A stretch of DNA of 64,000 bases, from assembly GCF_009914755.1 (NCBI RefSeq), contig NC_060932.1; one strand, 5' to 3'. The translations under genes and the position numbers were made by a program. The stretch is from the human T2T-CHM13v2.0 reference genome, Homo sapiens. This document shows, piece after piece, positions 28,420 to 39,723 of this stretch. Position 1 is the first letter of the stretch. Every line of letters starts with the position of its first letter. A model generated the notes under the pieces. It worked only from the letters and a program-made list of their open reading frames with translations, was not told where the DNA came from and did not search any database.

Positions 28420-29630
28420 GCACATAACTGGGAAAACCTTGGGTACAGTGATGGCTTTTTCAATATAATACCAAAGGCACATCCATCAAAGAAATAATTC
28501 ATAGTGAAGCTTCATTAAAATTAAAAACTTCTGCTCTGAAAAAGACACTGTCAAGAGAATGTGAAGCCACAGATTGGGAGAAAATCTTTACAGAACACAT
28601 ACATATAAAGAACTAGTATCCAAAACATACAAAGAACTCTTAAAACTCAACAATGAGAAATCAAACCACCTAATTAAAAAATGCGGAGAAAGATCTAAAC
28701 AGACACCTCACCAAAAAAGGGACACAGATGACAAGTATGCGTCTGAAAAGATGCTCATGTCATTTATCATCAGGGAATCGCAATTCAAGACAAAGAGAAA
28801 CCACCACACACCTACTAGGATGGACAAAATCTACATACTGACAGCACCAAATGCTGGCAAGGAGGTGGAGCAAAAGGAAATCTCATTCCTTGTCCATGGG
28901 AGTGCAAACTGGTGCAGCCACTTTGGAAGACGGTTTGGCGGTTTCTTATAAAACTAAACACTCTCACCATGCAATCCAGCAATCAGGCTCCTAGGTATTT
29001 ACCCAAGTTGGAAACTTAAATTCACACAAAAACCTGCACCTGATGTTTACAGCTGGTCTATGAATAAACTGATGTTTATTCATAATTGCCAAAACGTGAA
29101 AGCAACCAACATGCCCTCCAGAGGGTGAAGGGATAAACTGTGGTACACCCAAACAGTGGAATACTATTCAGTGCTAAAAAGAAACGAGCTACAAGCCGTG
29201 AAAAGAAATGCAGGAACCTTAAATGCATCTTTCTAAGTGAGAGAAACCTACCTGAAAAAGCTACACACTGTGAATGCAACCAAATGACATTCTGGAAAAC
29301 TATGGCGACAGTACAAAGATCAATGTTTGCCAGGGGTTCCGGGGAGGGAGGGTGCACAGAGGGTCTCTAAGGCAGCAAAACTCCTGTGTGTGACACTACA
29401 ATGGTGGGCAAACGTCAGTACACATTTGTCCAAACCACAGAATGCACAACGAGTGAGCCCTCCCAGGTGAGGACCATGAGCCCGTGTAGGTCCACAGATT
29501 GTAACAAACGCACCATTCTGTGGGGGTGATGATAGTGGGGGGCTGGGGATCCATGAGAACTCTCTGTACTTTCTCCTCAAATTTGCTGGGCACCTAAAAC
29601 TGGATACCTGAAAAATAGAGTCTATTAAAG
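28420..29630 (+). mobile_element. L1MC-like 3' end
   Basis: ORF2 C-terminus (YKELLKLNNEK) and a 3' UTR homologous to 3550-5535. Confidence 0.85.
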
Positions 29631-29676
29631 TTTTTTCCCCCCAAAACCAACACACACTTTAGATGTACAGATAACA

Positions 29677-29970
29677 GGCCAGGCGCGGTGGCTCACGCCT
29701 GTAATCCCAGCACTTCAGAAGGCCGAGGAGGGCAGATCACCTGAGATCATGAGTTTGAGACCAGCCTGACCAACATGGACAACTCTGTCTCTACTAAAAA
29801 TACAAAATTAGCCAGGCGTGGTGACACATGCTTGTAATCCCAGCTACTCAAGAGGCTGAGGCAGGAGAATCACTTGAACCCGGGAGGGTGCAGTGAGCTG
29901 AGATCACGCCACTGCACCCCACCCTGGGCGACAAGAGCGAAACTTCATCTCAAAAAAAAAAAAAAAAAAA
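29677..29970 (+). mobile_element. AluS (Sp-like)
   Basis: Full dimer, poly-A, TSD GTA(C/T)AGAT(A/G)ACA. Confidence 0.93.
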
Positions 29971-30119
29971 GTATAGATGACAATTGTGTAAAGAGAAAAT
30001 CAGAAAAGGAGCTTTAACGAAGGCACTGCCAGCAATTGAATCTAGCTGGAGGATACGAGGAAGAATCTCCTATTCTTCTACTTTTCCGCATGTTAGAAAT
30101 TTTTCAAAGTAAGAACTTA

Positions 30120-30423
<304 letters not shown>

Positions 30424-31744
30424 ACTTAAGGAAAAAAAGTGGGTTTCAGGATTCATTAGGAAAAATGGGAGAACATAGGAAGACTCAGTTTAAAATTCTC
30501 AAGGCTCTATCCAGAAACAATAATATGGCTCATCTTTGACCAATATTAGTTATTTGTAGCTTCTGCAGTTAACTCTGTAGCCACATATAAATTCTCATCA
30601 TTACATTCAAGAAGAGAGCTGTTTAGAGTAACTATAACATTCTGAAATTAAAAAAAAAAAAGGCACGTAAGCACTAACGCTACCTAAAAGAAATTTCTCA
30701 GACAAGTTCAGATAGTAACCATATTTAAGCGCTTAACATAATCGGCTCCATTTTCCATGAGTTAGGAATGGAATTTAACGTTCATAGAAAATCTCTATCA
30801 AGAAGAAACAACTCCAGACCCTAAGAGAAACTCTTCTGCTCAGAAACTATTTCCAAGTCCTCGGAAGACAGGTACAAATCCTTATATTCCATTCGGCCTT
30901 AACAGCATCAGGAGGAAGTTGCCACACGTTTAACAGAAAGAGATATTTTATGATCCAGAATGCTGGATTTCTGACCTAAATTTCATTGTACATGAAAAAG
31001 AGCACTGCAATGGAAAAAGGGAGGGGGGGGGAGGGGGTGGGGGAGGGCACGTCTAAGGCACACAGGGCCCACCTGGGAGCCCTTTCAATTACAAAATTCT
31101 AGACATACCAAACATATCTCTACACTCGTCAGGTAAAGGCCTTTCAGTTTTCAGTACAAAGGACTTCTGCCGGCTTCCTTCAGAAAAATCAAGAATTTAA
31201 GAAAATACTTGTTATGCAAACAAACATTTAGCCCACTTAACATTGAGCTACGGTCGTCCAAAGCTGCTTAGTGTCCGCGAGGAGGCCGTCCGGATGCGCG
31301 ATGATTCAGGCCTTCTCCGCCAGCTCCACCCGGGACGCGAGCACCCGGCGTGGACCTCTGCGTCCCGGGCCCACGACGCCCGCGCCGCGGGGTGCGCGCA
31401 CTGCGTCCCCGCTCTCCTGGGACTGCGCCCCGAGTAACACGTGCAGGGGGCACTGGGTCCCCTGCAAGCGGCGAGAACGCCGGCAGCCCTGGCCAGTTAA
31501 GCGGGGAGTGGGTCCACGCGGACCACAGCGGCAACTCAGCCCAGGACGAGCCTCGGGTCAAGTTCTCCGACTCCGCACTCGGGCACCTAGCGGGCCGCGC
31601 CCCGGAGCTACGCGGCCCCAACCTCACCTGCCCGCCCAAACTGTGCCCCCAACTACCCGCACCTCCACCTGCGCGCCGCCCACCCTCGCCCTCCACCTGC
31701 GCGCCCCCGGCCTACTAGCACTCCCCACCTGCGCACCCCCTCAC

Positions 31745-31852
31745 CTGCGCCTGGGCGGCGGCGGCGGCGGCCGGTGGCGGCCCCCCACGCAGGCCGTCCT
31801 CCTCCTCGGGGGGCTCGTCCAGCAGCACTCGGCCCCGGCCCAGCTTCCACAT
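31745..31852 (-). CDS. TDRP: TDRP first coding exon (36 codons, MWKLGRGRVLLDEPPEEEDGLRGGPPPAAAAAAQAQ); later exons lie outside the window to the left
   Basis: ATG at 31852 in context CTGACCATGT (A at -3); 108 nt ending in a phase-0 donor CAG|GTGAGG (GT at 31744-31743); peptide matches the recalled N-terminus of human TDRP/C8orf42; lies in a CpG island. Confidence 0.9.
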
Positions 31853-31992
31853 GGTCAGGCGGGCTCCGGCGTCCCTCCGTCCGTGCGTCGGGCTGTGGGT
31901 CCGCGTCCCTCCCGGCCGCCGGACGCTCTGCCTGCGGCTCCTGCGGGACGCGGGCCCAGTGGGCCGGGCGGGGCTAGGCGGGGGCGGGGCAC

Positions 31993-32180
31993 CCCCAGAA
32001 CTAGGCCCGCCCCCTCCCCACCAGGCCCGCCCCAAACCCTCCCCAGGACCCGGCCCGCCCCCAAACCATCCCCAGAACCAGGCCCGCTCCAAGCCCTCCT
32101 CAGGACCAGGCCCGCCCCAAACCCTTCCGAAGACCAGACCCGCCCCCAAACCTTCCCCAGGACCAGACCCACCCCCAAAT
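31993..32180. repeat. Degenerate ~28-29 bp tandem repeat (~7 units), most units with a GC box
   Basis: Recurring AGGCCCGCCCC(C)AAACC(C/T)TCCCCAGGACC-like units. Confidence 0.75.
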
Positions 32181-32595
32181 TCGACGGGGCTCCGAATCCC
32201 ATCCCCCACAGAAAGGTCAACCCCGGCCCCCTCCTCCCAGTGTGGTCCCCGCCACCGCCCCGGCGAGACCCTCGCCCTTCACTGTTCTACTGAACGACGT
32301 CCTCACCCCAGGCTACCCCGTCACCTGGTCCCCCCACCTTGACCCCCACCTACCCGCCCCTAGCTGCTTCCTCACCCGGAAACACCCCCATCCTGAGCCC
32401 CCACCGAGCCCCTAGCCCTGCCCTATCCCCGGTTCCCTGGGTCCTCCTCTACCCCCGAGCCCCCACCCGGCCCCCGCAAATTCCCCTCTCCCGGTTCTCT
32501 CCTTCTCCCCCGCCGACCCCCACTTACTCCCGGACTGCCCCCTCCCCCCACCCTTTCCCAGACCCTGGCCGGAGGGCGTGGCCACGTCCGCTCGG

Positions 32596-32635
32596 GTCAC
32601 CAAGGCAACGGCCGGGAGCGCAGTGCGCATGCGCG
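32596..32635. promoter_or_regulatory. RFX X-box-like motif (GTCACCAAGGCAAC, 32596-32609) and NRF1 palindrome (TGCGCATGCGCG, 32624-32635)
   Basis: Direct match to NRF1 consensus YGCGCAYGCGCR and near match to X-box GTNRCC-N(0-3)-RGYAAC. Confidence 0.65.
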
Positions 32636-35583
32636 CCGCTGGCGCTCAGGCCGCGGCAAGGCTGAGGGGAAGGTGGAGGGGGCACAGTCCGCGGAGCGGC
32701 GCCTGTACCCCAGCGCTTCAGGGCATCCCTCGGGGCCTGGGCGCCGGGCATCCGGGACTCATCCCCTCCGGCGCCCGAGGTCGCGGGATAGTGGGGGCGC
32801 CGGGAGGAAGCCTCGCCCAGCCCTGGTGGGCGGTGGGGCCGCTGGGGCCTGGGGCGCCGCGGGCTCGGCCCGGACTGACGGCGGTGGGGGGCGGGGATGG
32901 GGCCGTGGTGCCGGGCCGCGCAGAACCCTTGGGACCCCCGCGGCGCCCAGGTTGGGGCTCAGGGCCCGGAGAACGTTTTCCCGCGTGGCTATGGCTTTGT
33001 CAGAATCAGGAGCGGGAGAGGCGCCCACAGATTCCTGAGGGCAGAACCGCCTGGTTCCCAGGCCGAAAGGAGCCGGCGAGGCGACCCCCGATCCCGGGAC
33101 GGAGCCGCGGGAACGGGGGATTCTAGGCGTCCGCTCCCGCCCAGCAGGTTAATTTTTCCCGCGACGCGCTTCGTATCGCTTCTTTCTCACACCAAATATG
33201 TATTCATGTGTTCAGTCATGTAAAAGCGCATTTTGAAGGAGGATCCAGAACTATGAGCTCCCTTGAAAACTGCAAGCTTCGTAACTTTACGACTCTTAAA
33301 AAAATGAAATGTACATTTTGAGTTTCCCAGAAGTGATGAGCAGCAAAGCTTTTAAGATGAAAGGGGCTCTGAACTGCCTTTGGGAGATGCCGGCCAGGAT
33401 CCCGGAGAACCGAGGGGGTGGCGCCCGTGCCCAAGGCCTGGGGGGACCTGGGGCCCTGGCGCGGGACGCACAGGGAGGGCGGGGGCTGGGCCTGGCAGGA
33501 GCCCCCAGCCGAGTGGGAAGAGCCAGATAATAACCTAACGATACTAACCTAACTATACCGTCACCCAGAGAGGAGGGCAGCACCCCTCCCACATGCCTCC
33601 CTCCCCCGGTGACCGCTAAACCTACCGGCCGCAAACATCACGAAATAGAATTAAACACTGGCGCCTACTAAGGACCACTCCACCCAGTACAAACTAAATT
33701 TGAGAGTTCATCTTCACGCAAATAATAAGAATGTTAAAAATGTATATATGCTCCTTTTCAAACAAGGCCTAATAGGCCTGGCCTCCTGGGCTAGGGGGCT
33801 TAGAAAATTGCAAATGCAAGATGGCATGGTGTGGCTCCGGGGTGCTGTCAAAATAAGCACATTGCAAGCACAAACTGATGAAAGTCAAAAACTATCAAAC
33901 AGAGGTTGCAAAACAAAGTCAGGATCCAAACACAGCCCATATAAAGACGCTACAAATAAAACACAGAAAACCAACTCAGAACACTTGGACAAATAACACA
34001 AATCCCCCTGGCTAATGCGAAGGAACACAGGGCTTATGCCCAGACAGCTGGCTTCCTCTCAGTCTAGCAACATCCACTCCATGAATTGTCATTAAACTGT
34101 AATCCCCTGCAAATCTATGACAATCTGGAAGAAGGTGAGCCTTGCTAAATAAAAAAGCTAACTTACTGAATATTTTAGACATTTAGCTTTCTTCTGAAGA
34201 AGAGCACAGCTAGTCAGGATATCTACAACCTAAAGGCCTGGCACAAATGAGAGGGAAGGGGGTTGGGTGGGAGAAGCCGGTGAAACGGCTGTTACGGAGC
34301 AGCAGGCATTTCTGGAATTTTGAGAAGAACTTTCCCGAGTACTATGAATTTGACTCAGTTCATTCATTAGCTCCTCTATGAGTTTTATATAATTAAGTCA
34401 TGCTATTGTTAAGGTCCATAAGAGGCATACTTTACACAATCCAGTGTCATAAAAATACAATTGTTACCACTAAAAATCCATTTTGGGATCGAGAAAGTCA
34501 TGGTTAAACAACCTTTTCATCTGCTGAGGCCTCAGTTGAAGGAAGCTATTCATTTTAAACTGAATTGCCCTTATTGGCTAATTTGGCCACTGAAAATTCA
34601 CTGGTACAGGAACTCTAATTTTTTAGATGTAAAGATCAAGCGTGTCATCTCTCTCTGAATTCAAAATGCATAAGGCTCAATTTAGTGAGATTTTGCTCTG
34701 GCAGACTTAATTTTAAATAGGAGTGGGGTTTGGGGTGCCATATAGAACTTTCTAGCAACCAAAGCTGTTTAAAAACTACAAGTTTCTTATCCATGGAGGT
34801 GATTCGGCAGAGGCTGGATCTTAAGACAGTTGTACCCTCAGTCCTCTGACTTTTTTAAAAAATGGATACATAATATTTTACATATTTGGGGGTACATTTG
34901 ATATATTGTTACAAGCACGGAATGTGTAATGATCAAGTTAGGATATTTGGGGTATATATCAACTTGGGTATTTTTCAATTCTATGTGTTGGTAATATTTC
35001 AAGTTTTCCTTTCTAGCTATTTTGGACTATACAATGCATTGTTACTAACTATAGCTACACTACTCTCCTATCAAACATTGCCTTCTAACTGCATGTTTGT
35101 ACTCATTAACCAACCTGACTTTACTTCTCCCCCAACATACACACCTTCCCAGCATCTGGTAACTACCATTCTATTCTCTACCTCCAGGATATCAGGATTT
35201 TTTTTTAGCTCTCACATATGAGTGAGAACATGTGATATTTGTCTATGTCTGGCTTATTTCACTTAACATAATGATCTCCAGTTCCATCCATGTTGCTGCA
35301 AATGACAGGATATGATTCCTTTTTATGACCAAATACTATTCCATTCTGTATATGCACCACATTTTCTTCATCCATTCATCTGTTGATGGACACTTAGGTT
35401 GACTCCATATCTTTACTATTGTGATTAATGCTTCAATAAACATGGGTATGCAAATATCCCTTTGATATAACAATTTTCTTTCCTTTGGATAAATATCCAA
35501 TAGTGGGATTGCTGGATCATATGGTAGCTTATTTTTAGTGGGTTTTTTTTTTTTTTTTTGAGAAATCTCTATGGCTGTACTAA

Positions 35584-35964
<381 letters not shown>

Positions 35965-37385
35965 TATTTCTTGTCTTTTTAGTAATAGCCATTATAACTG
36001 GAGTAAGATGATATTTCATTGTGGTTTTGATTTGCATTTCCCAGATAATTAGTGACGTTGAGCATTTTTTCATATACTTGTTGGCCATTTGTAAGTATGT
36101 CTTCTTTTGAGAAATGTCTATTCCTGTCCTCAGCAATCCTCCCACCTCAGCCTCCCAAAGTGCTGGGATTACAGGAATAAGCCACCATGCCTAGCCTTTC
36201 TACTTTTTTGATGTAAGCATTTATAGCTGTAAACTTCCTTCTTAGCACTGGTTTTTTGTTATCCCATAGGCTTTGATATGTTGTGTTTTGATTTTCATTT
36301 ATTTCAAAACATTTTTTTATTTTCTTCTTAATTTCGTCCTTGACTCAGTGGTCATTCAGATGCACGTGGCTTAATTTCTATGTATTTGTACAGTTTTCAA
36401 AGTTCTTCTTGTTATTGATTTATAGTTTTACTTCACTGTGGTCTGAGAAGATATTTGGTATGATTTTGATTTTTAAAAATTTGTTGAGACTTGTTTTGTA
36501 TCCTGACATACGGTCTATTCTGGAGAATGTTCCATGTGCTGATGAGAAGAATGTATATTCTGTAGTCGTTGGGTGAAATGTTCTCTAAATGTCAGTTTGG
36601 TCTATTTGGTCTAAAGTACAGTTTAAACCCCCATGCTTCTTTGCTGATTTTCTGTGTAGATGATTTGCCTAATGCTGAGAGTGGGGTGTTGCAGTTTTCA
36701 CCTATTATCGTATTGGAGTCTTGCTCCCCCTGGAGATCTAATATTTGCTTTATTTATCTAGGTGCTATGGTGTTTGGTGCATATATGTTTAGAATTGTTA
36801 TATCCTCTTGCTGAATGAATCCCTTTATCATTATATAATGACCTTCTTTGTCTTTTTTTTACTATGTTTCACTTAGTCTGTTTTATCTGATATAAGTATA
36901 ACTACTCCTGCTTACCTTTGGTTTCCATTTGCATGGAGTATCTTTTTCCATCCCTTTGCTTTCAGACTATATGTGTCTCACTTTACAAGTGAGGTGACTT
37001 TCTTGTACACAGTACATAATTAGGTCATATTTTTGTTCGTTTCTTTCAACAGTTGTCTATTGTGCACTTAAAGGTCATTTTTAAATCCACACAACTTACG
37101 TGTATATTTTATGTGAAAAGTTTAATCCATTACATTGAAGGCAATTATTGATATATGAAGCCTTATCTTTGTCATTTTATTAATTGATTTCTGGTTGTTT
37201 TGTATATCCTTTGTTCTTTTCTTTTTGTCTTATTGTTTGTCACTGTGGTTTTGTGGTTTCCTGTAGTGGTAACATTTGATTCCTTTCTCTTCCTTATTTG
37301 AATATTGGTTCTACCAGTGGGTTTTATACGTCCATGTGTTTCCATGATGGCAGGTATTGTCCTTTTACTTTGAGATGTAGGCCTC

Positions 37386-37752
37386 TGATATGGTTTGGCT
37401 CTGTGTCCCCACCCAAATCTCATCTCGTAGCTCCCATAATTCCAACATGTTGTGGGAGGGAGCTGGTGGGAGATCATTGAATCATGGGGATGAGTCTTTC
37501 TCGTGCTGTTCTCATGATAGTGGTAAGTCTCATGAGATCCGATGGGTTTAAATACAGGAGTTTTCCTGCACAAACTCTCTTTCTCTGCCTGCTGCCATCC
37601 ATGTAAGACATGACTTTCTCCTCCTTGCCTTCCACTATGATTCTGAGGCTTCCCCAGCCACGTGGAACTGTAAGTCCATTAAGCCTCTTTCTTTTGTAAG
37701 TTGCCCAGTCTCGGGTATGCCTTTATCAGCAGCATGAAAACAGACTAATACA
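37386..37752 (+). mobile_element. THE1 (C/D-like) MaLR solo LTR
   Basis: TGATATGGTTTGGCT...ACAGACTAATACA; perfect GCCTC TSD. Confidence 0.92.
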
Positions 37753-38447
37753 GCCTCCCTTAAGTATTTCTTTTAGGGCCAGTCTAGTGGTGATTACTTC
37801 CTTCTGCTTTTGTTTATCTGGGAAAGACTTTATTTCTCCTTCATCTATGAACTATAACTCTGCTGAGTACAGTATCCTTGACTAACATTTTTTCTTTCAG
37901 CACAGTGACTATATTGTCCAATTATCTCCTGACCTGTAAGGTTTCTGCTGAGAAATATGCTGTTAGTCTGATGGAGTTTCCCTTATAAGTGACAAGATGC
38001 TTTTCTCTTTCTGTTTTTAGAATTCTGTTTTTGCCTTTGACCTTTGACAGTCTGACTATAAGGTGCTATGGAGACCTTTCTGAATTGTATCCATTTGGGG
38101 ATCTCTGAGCTTCCTGTGTCTGAATATCTAAACCTCTTGTTAGAGTTGGGAAATTTTTAGCTGTTATTTTGTTTAAAAGTTTTGTATCCCTTTTGTTTGC
38201 TTTTTACCCTCATGGACACTGAAAATTTGAATATTTGGTCACTTTGTGGAGTGCCATTTGTCATGTAGTCTTTATTCATTCCTTTTTATTCTTTTGTTTT
38301 AATATTTGTCTGACTGGGTTATTTCAAAGGATCTGTCTTCACATTCTGAAATTTTTTTCTTCTGCTTGATCTATTGGGGAAGCTTTCAAATACATATTTA
38401 ATACATATTTTTTTCATTCAGTAAGTTCTTCAGTTTTAGAATTTCTA

Positions 38448-39723
38448 TTAGGTTGGTACAAAAGTAATTGTGGTTTTGGCATGGTTGGAATTTGCCATTT
38501 GATATTGGAATACAGTCTTAAATAAATGTGGTTATGTTATACATCATTTTAACGTACACTGCTTTATGTTTTTTGCTAATGACACTACTTGCTGTTTGTT
38601 TTATATTTATTTAGACTATGGAAATGATGTTAGACAAAAAGCAAATTTGAGTGATTTTCTTATTTGATTTCAAAATGCGCCATAAAGCAGTGGAGACAAC
38701 TCACAACATCAATAACACATTTGGCCAAGGAACTGCTGATGAATGTACAGTGCAATGGTGGTTCAAGAAGTTTTGCAAAGGAGACAAGAGCCTTGAAGAT
38801 GAGGAGCACAGTGGCTGGCCATCAGAAGTTGACAACCACCAGTTGGGAGCAATCATTAAAGCTTATCCACTTACAAGTACACGAGAAGTTGCCAAAGAAC
38901 TCAACATCGACCATTCTGTGGTCATTCAGCATTTGAAGCAAATTGGAAGGGTGAAAAAGCTCAATAAGTGAGGGCTCATGAGCTGAGTGAAAATTTAAAA
39001 AAATCGTTATCTTGAACTGTCATCTTCTCTTATTCTATGCAACAACAATGAACCATTTCTCGTTTGGATTGTGACGTGCAATGAAAAGTGGATTTTATAT
39101 GACAACCAGCGATGACTAGCTTAGTGGTTGGGCTGAGAAGAAGCTTCAAAGCACTTCCCAAAGCTAAACTTGCACCAAAAATAAAGGTCATGGTCACTGT
39201 TTGGTGGTCTGCTGCTGGTCTAATCCACTACAGCTATCTGAATCCTAGCAAAACCATTACACCTGAGAATTGTGCTCAGCAAATCAATGAGATGCACTGA
39301 AAACTGCAATGCCTTCACCTAGCATTGGTCAGCAGAAGGGCTCAATTCTTCTCCACAACAACGCCTGACTGCACATTGCACAACTGCTTCAAAAGTTGAA
39401 CGAATTGGGCTATGAAGTTTTTCCTCATCTGCCATATTCACCTGACCTCTTGCCAATCGACTACCACTTCTTCAAGCACCTTGACAACTTTTTCTGGGAA
39501 AATGCCTCCACAACCCGCAGGATGCAGAAAATGCTTTCCAAGAGTTCATCAAATCCCAAAGCACAGATTTTTACACTACCGGAATAAACAACCTTATTTC
39601 CCATTGGCTAAAATGTGTTGATTGTAATGGTTCCTGTTTTGATTAATAAAGATGTGTTTGAGCCTAGTTTTAATGATTTAAAATGCATGGTCCAAAACTG
39701 CAATTACTTTTGCACCAAACTAA
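38448..39723 (+). mobile_element. Full-length Hsmar1 mariner transposon
   Basis: TIRs TTAGGTTGGTACAAAAGTAATTGTGGTT / AACTGCAATTACTTTTGCACCAAACTAA, TA on both sides, 1276 bp, transposase remnants. Confidence 0.95.
38618..39646 (+). pseudogene. Disrupted Hsmar1 transposase
   Basis: MEMMLDKKQI then TGA at codon 11; TVQWWFKKFCKG, KVMVTVWWSAAG and YSPDLL motifs; stops and frameshifts. Confidence 0.92.

Larger units (their letters stand above)
31240..33640. promoter_or_regulatory. CpG island / TDRP promoter
   Basis: Very GC- and CpG-rich against CpG-depleted flanks; many GC boxes; contains the first coding exon. Confidence 0.92.

Noticed and set aside
31853-32209. 119-codon in-frame N-terminal extension of TDRP
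   Set aside because: No in-frame ATG (starts at GTG), runs through the GC-box repeat, and the ATG at 31852 already has good context
31271-32293. 340-aa plus-strand ORF and other long ORFs across the CpG island
   Set aside because: GTG start, Pro/Arg/Gly low complexity and antisense to TDRP; long stop-free frames are expected at this GC content
36120-36200. Alu fragment at an L1 internal jump
   Set aside because: Most simply an ordinary deletion removing part of ORF2 and most of an Alu
38651-39621. SETMAR gene or active transposase
   Set aside because: No SET-domain exon, TIRs on both sides, premature stops and catalytic D-to-N changes: a dead Hsmar1 copy
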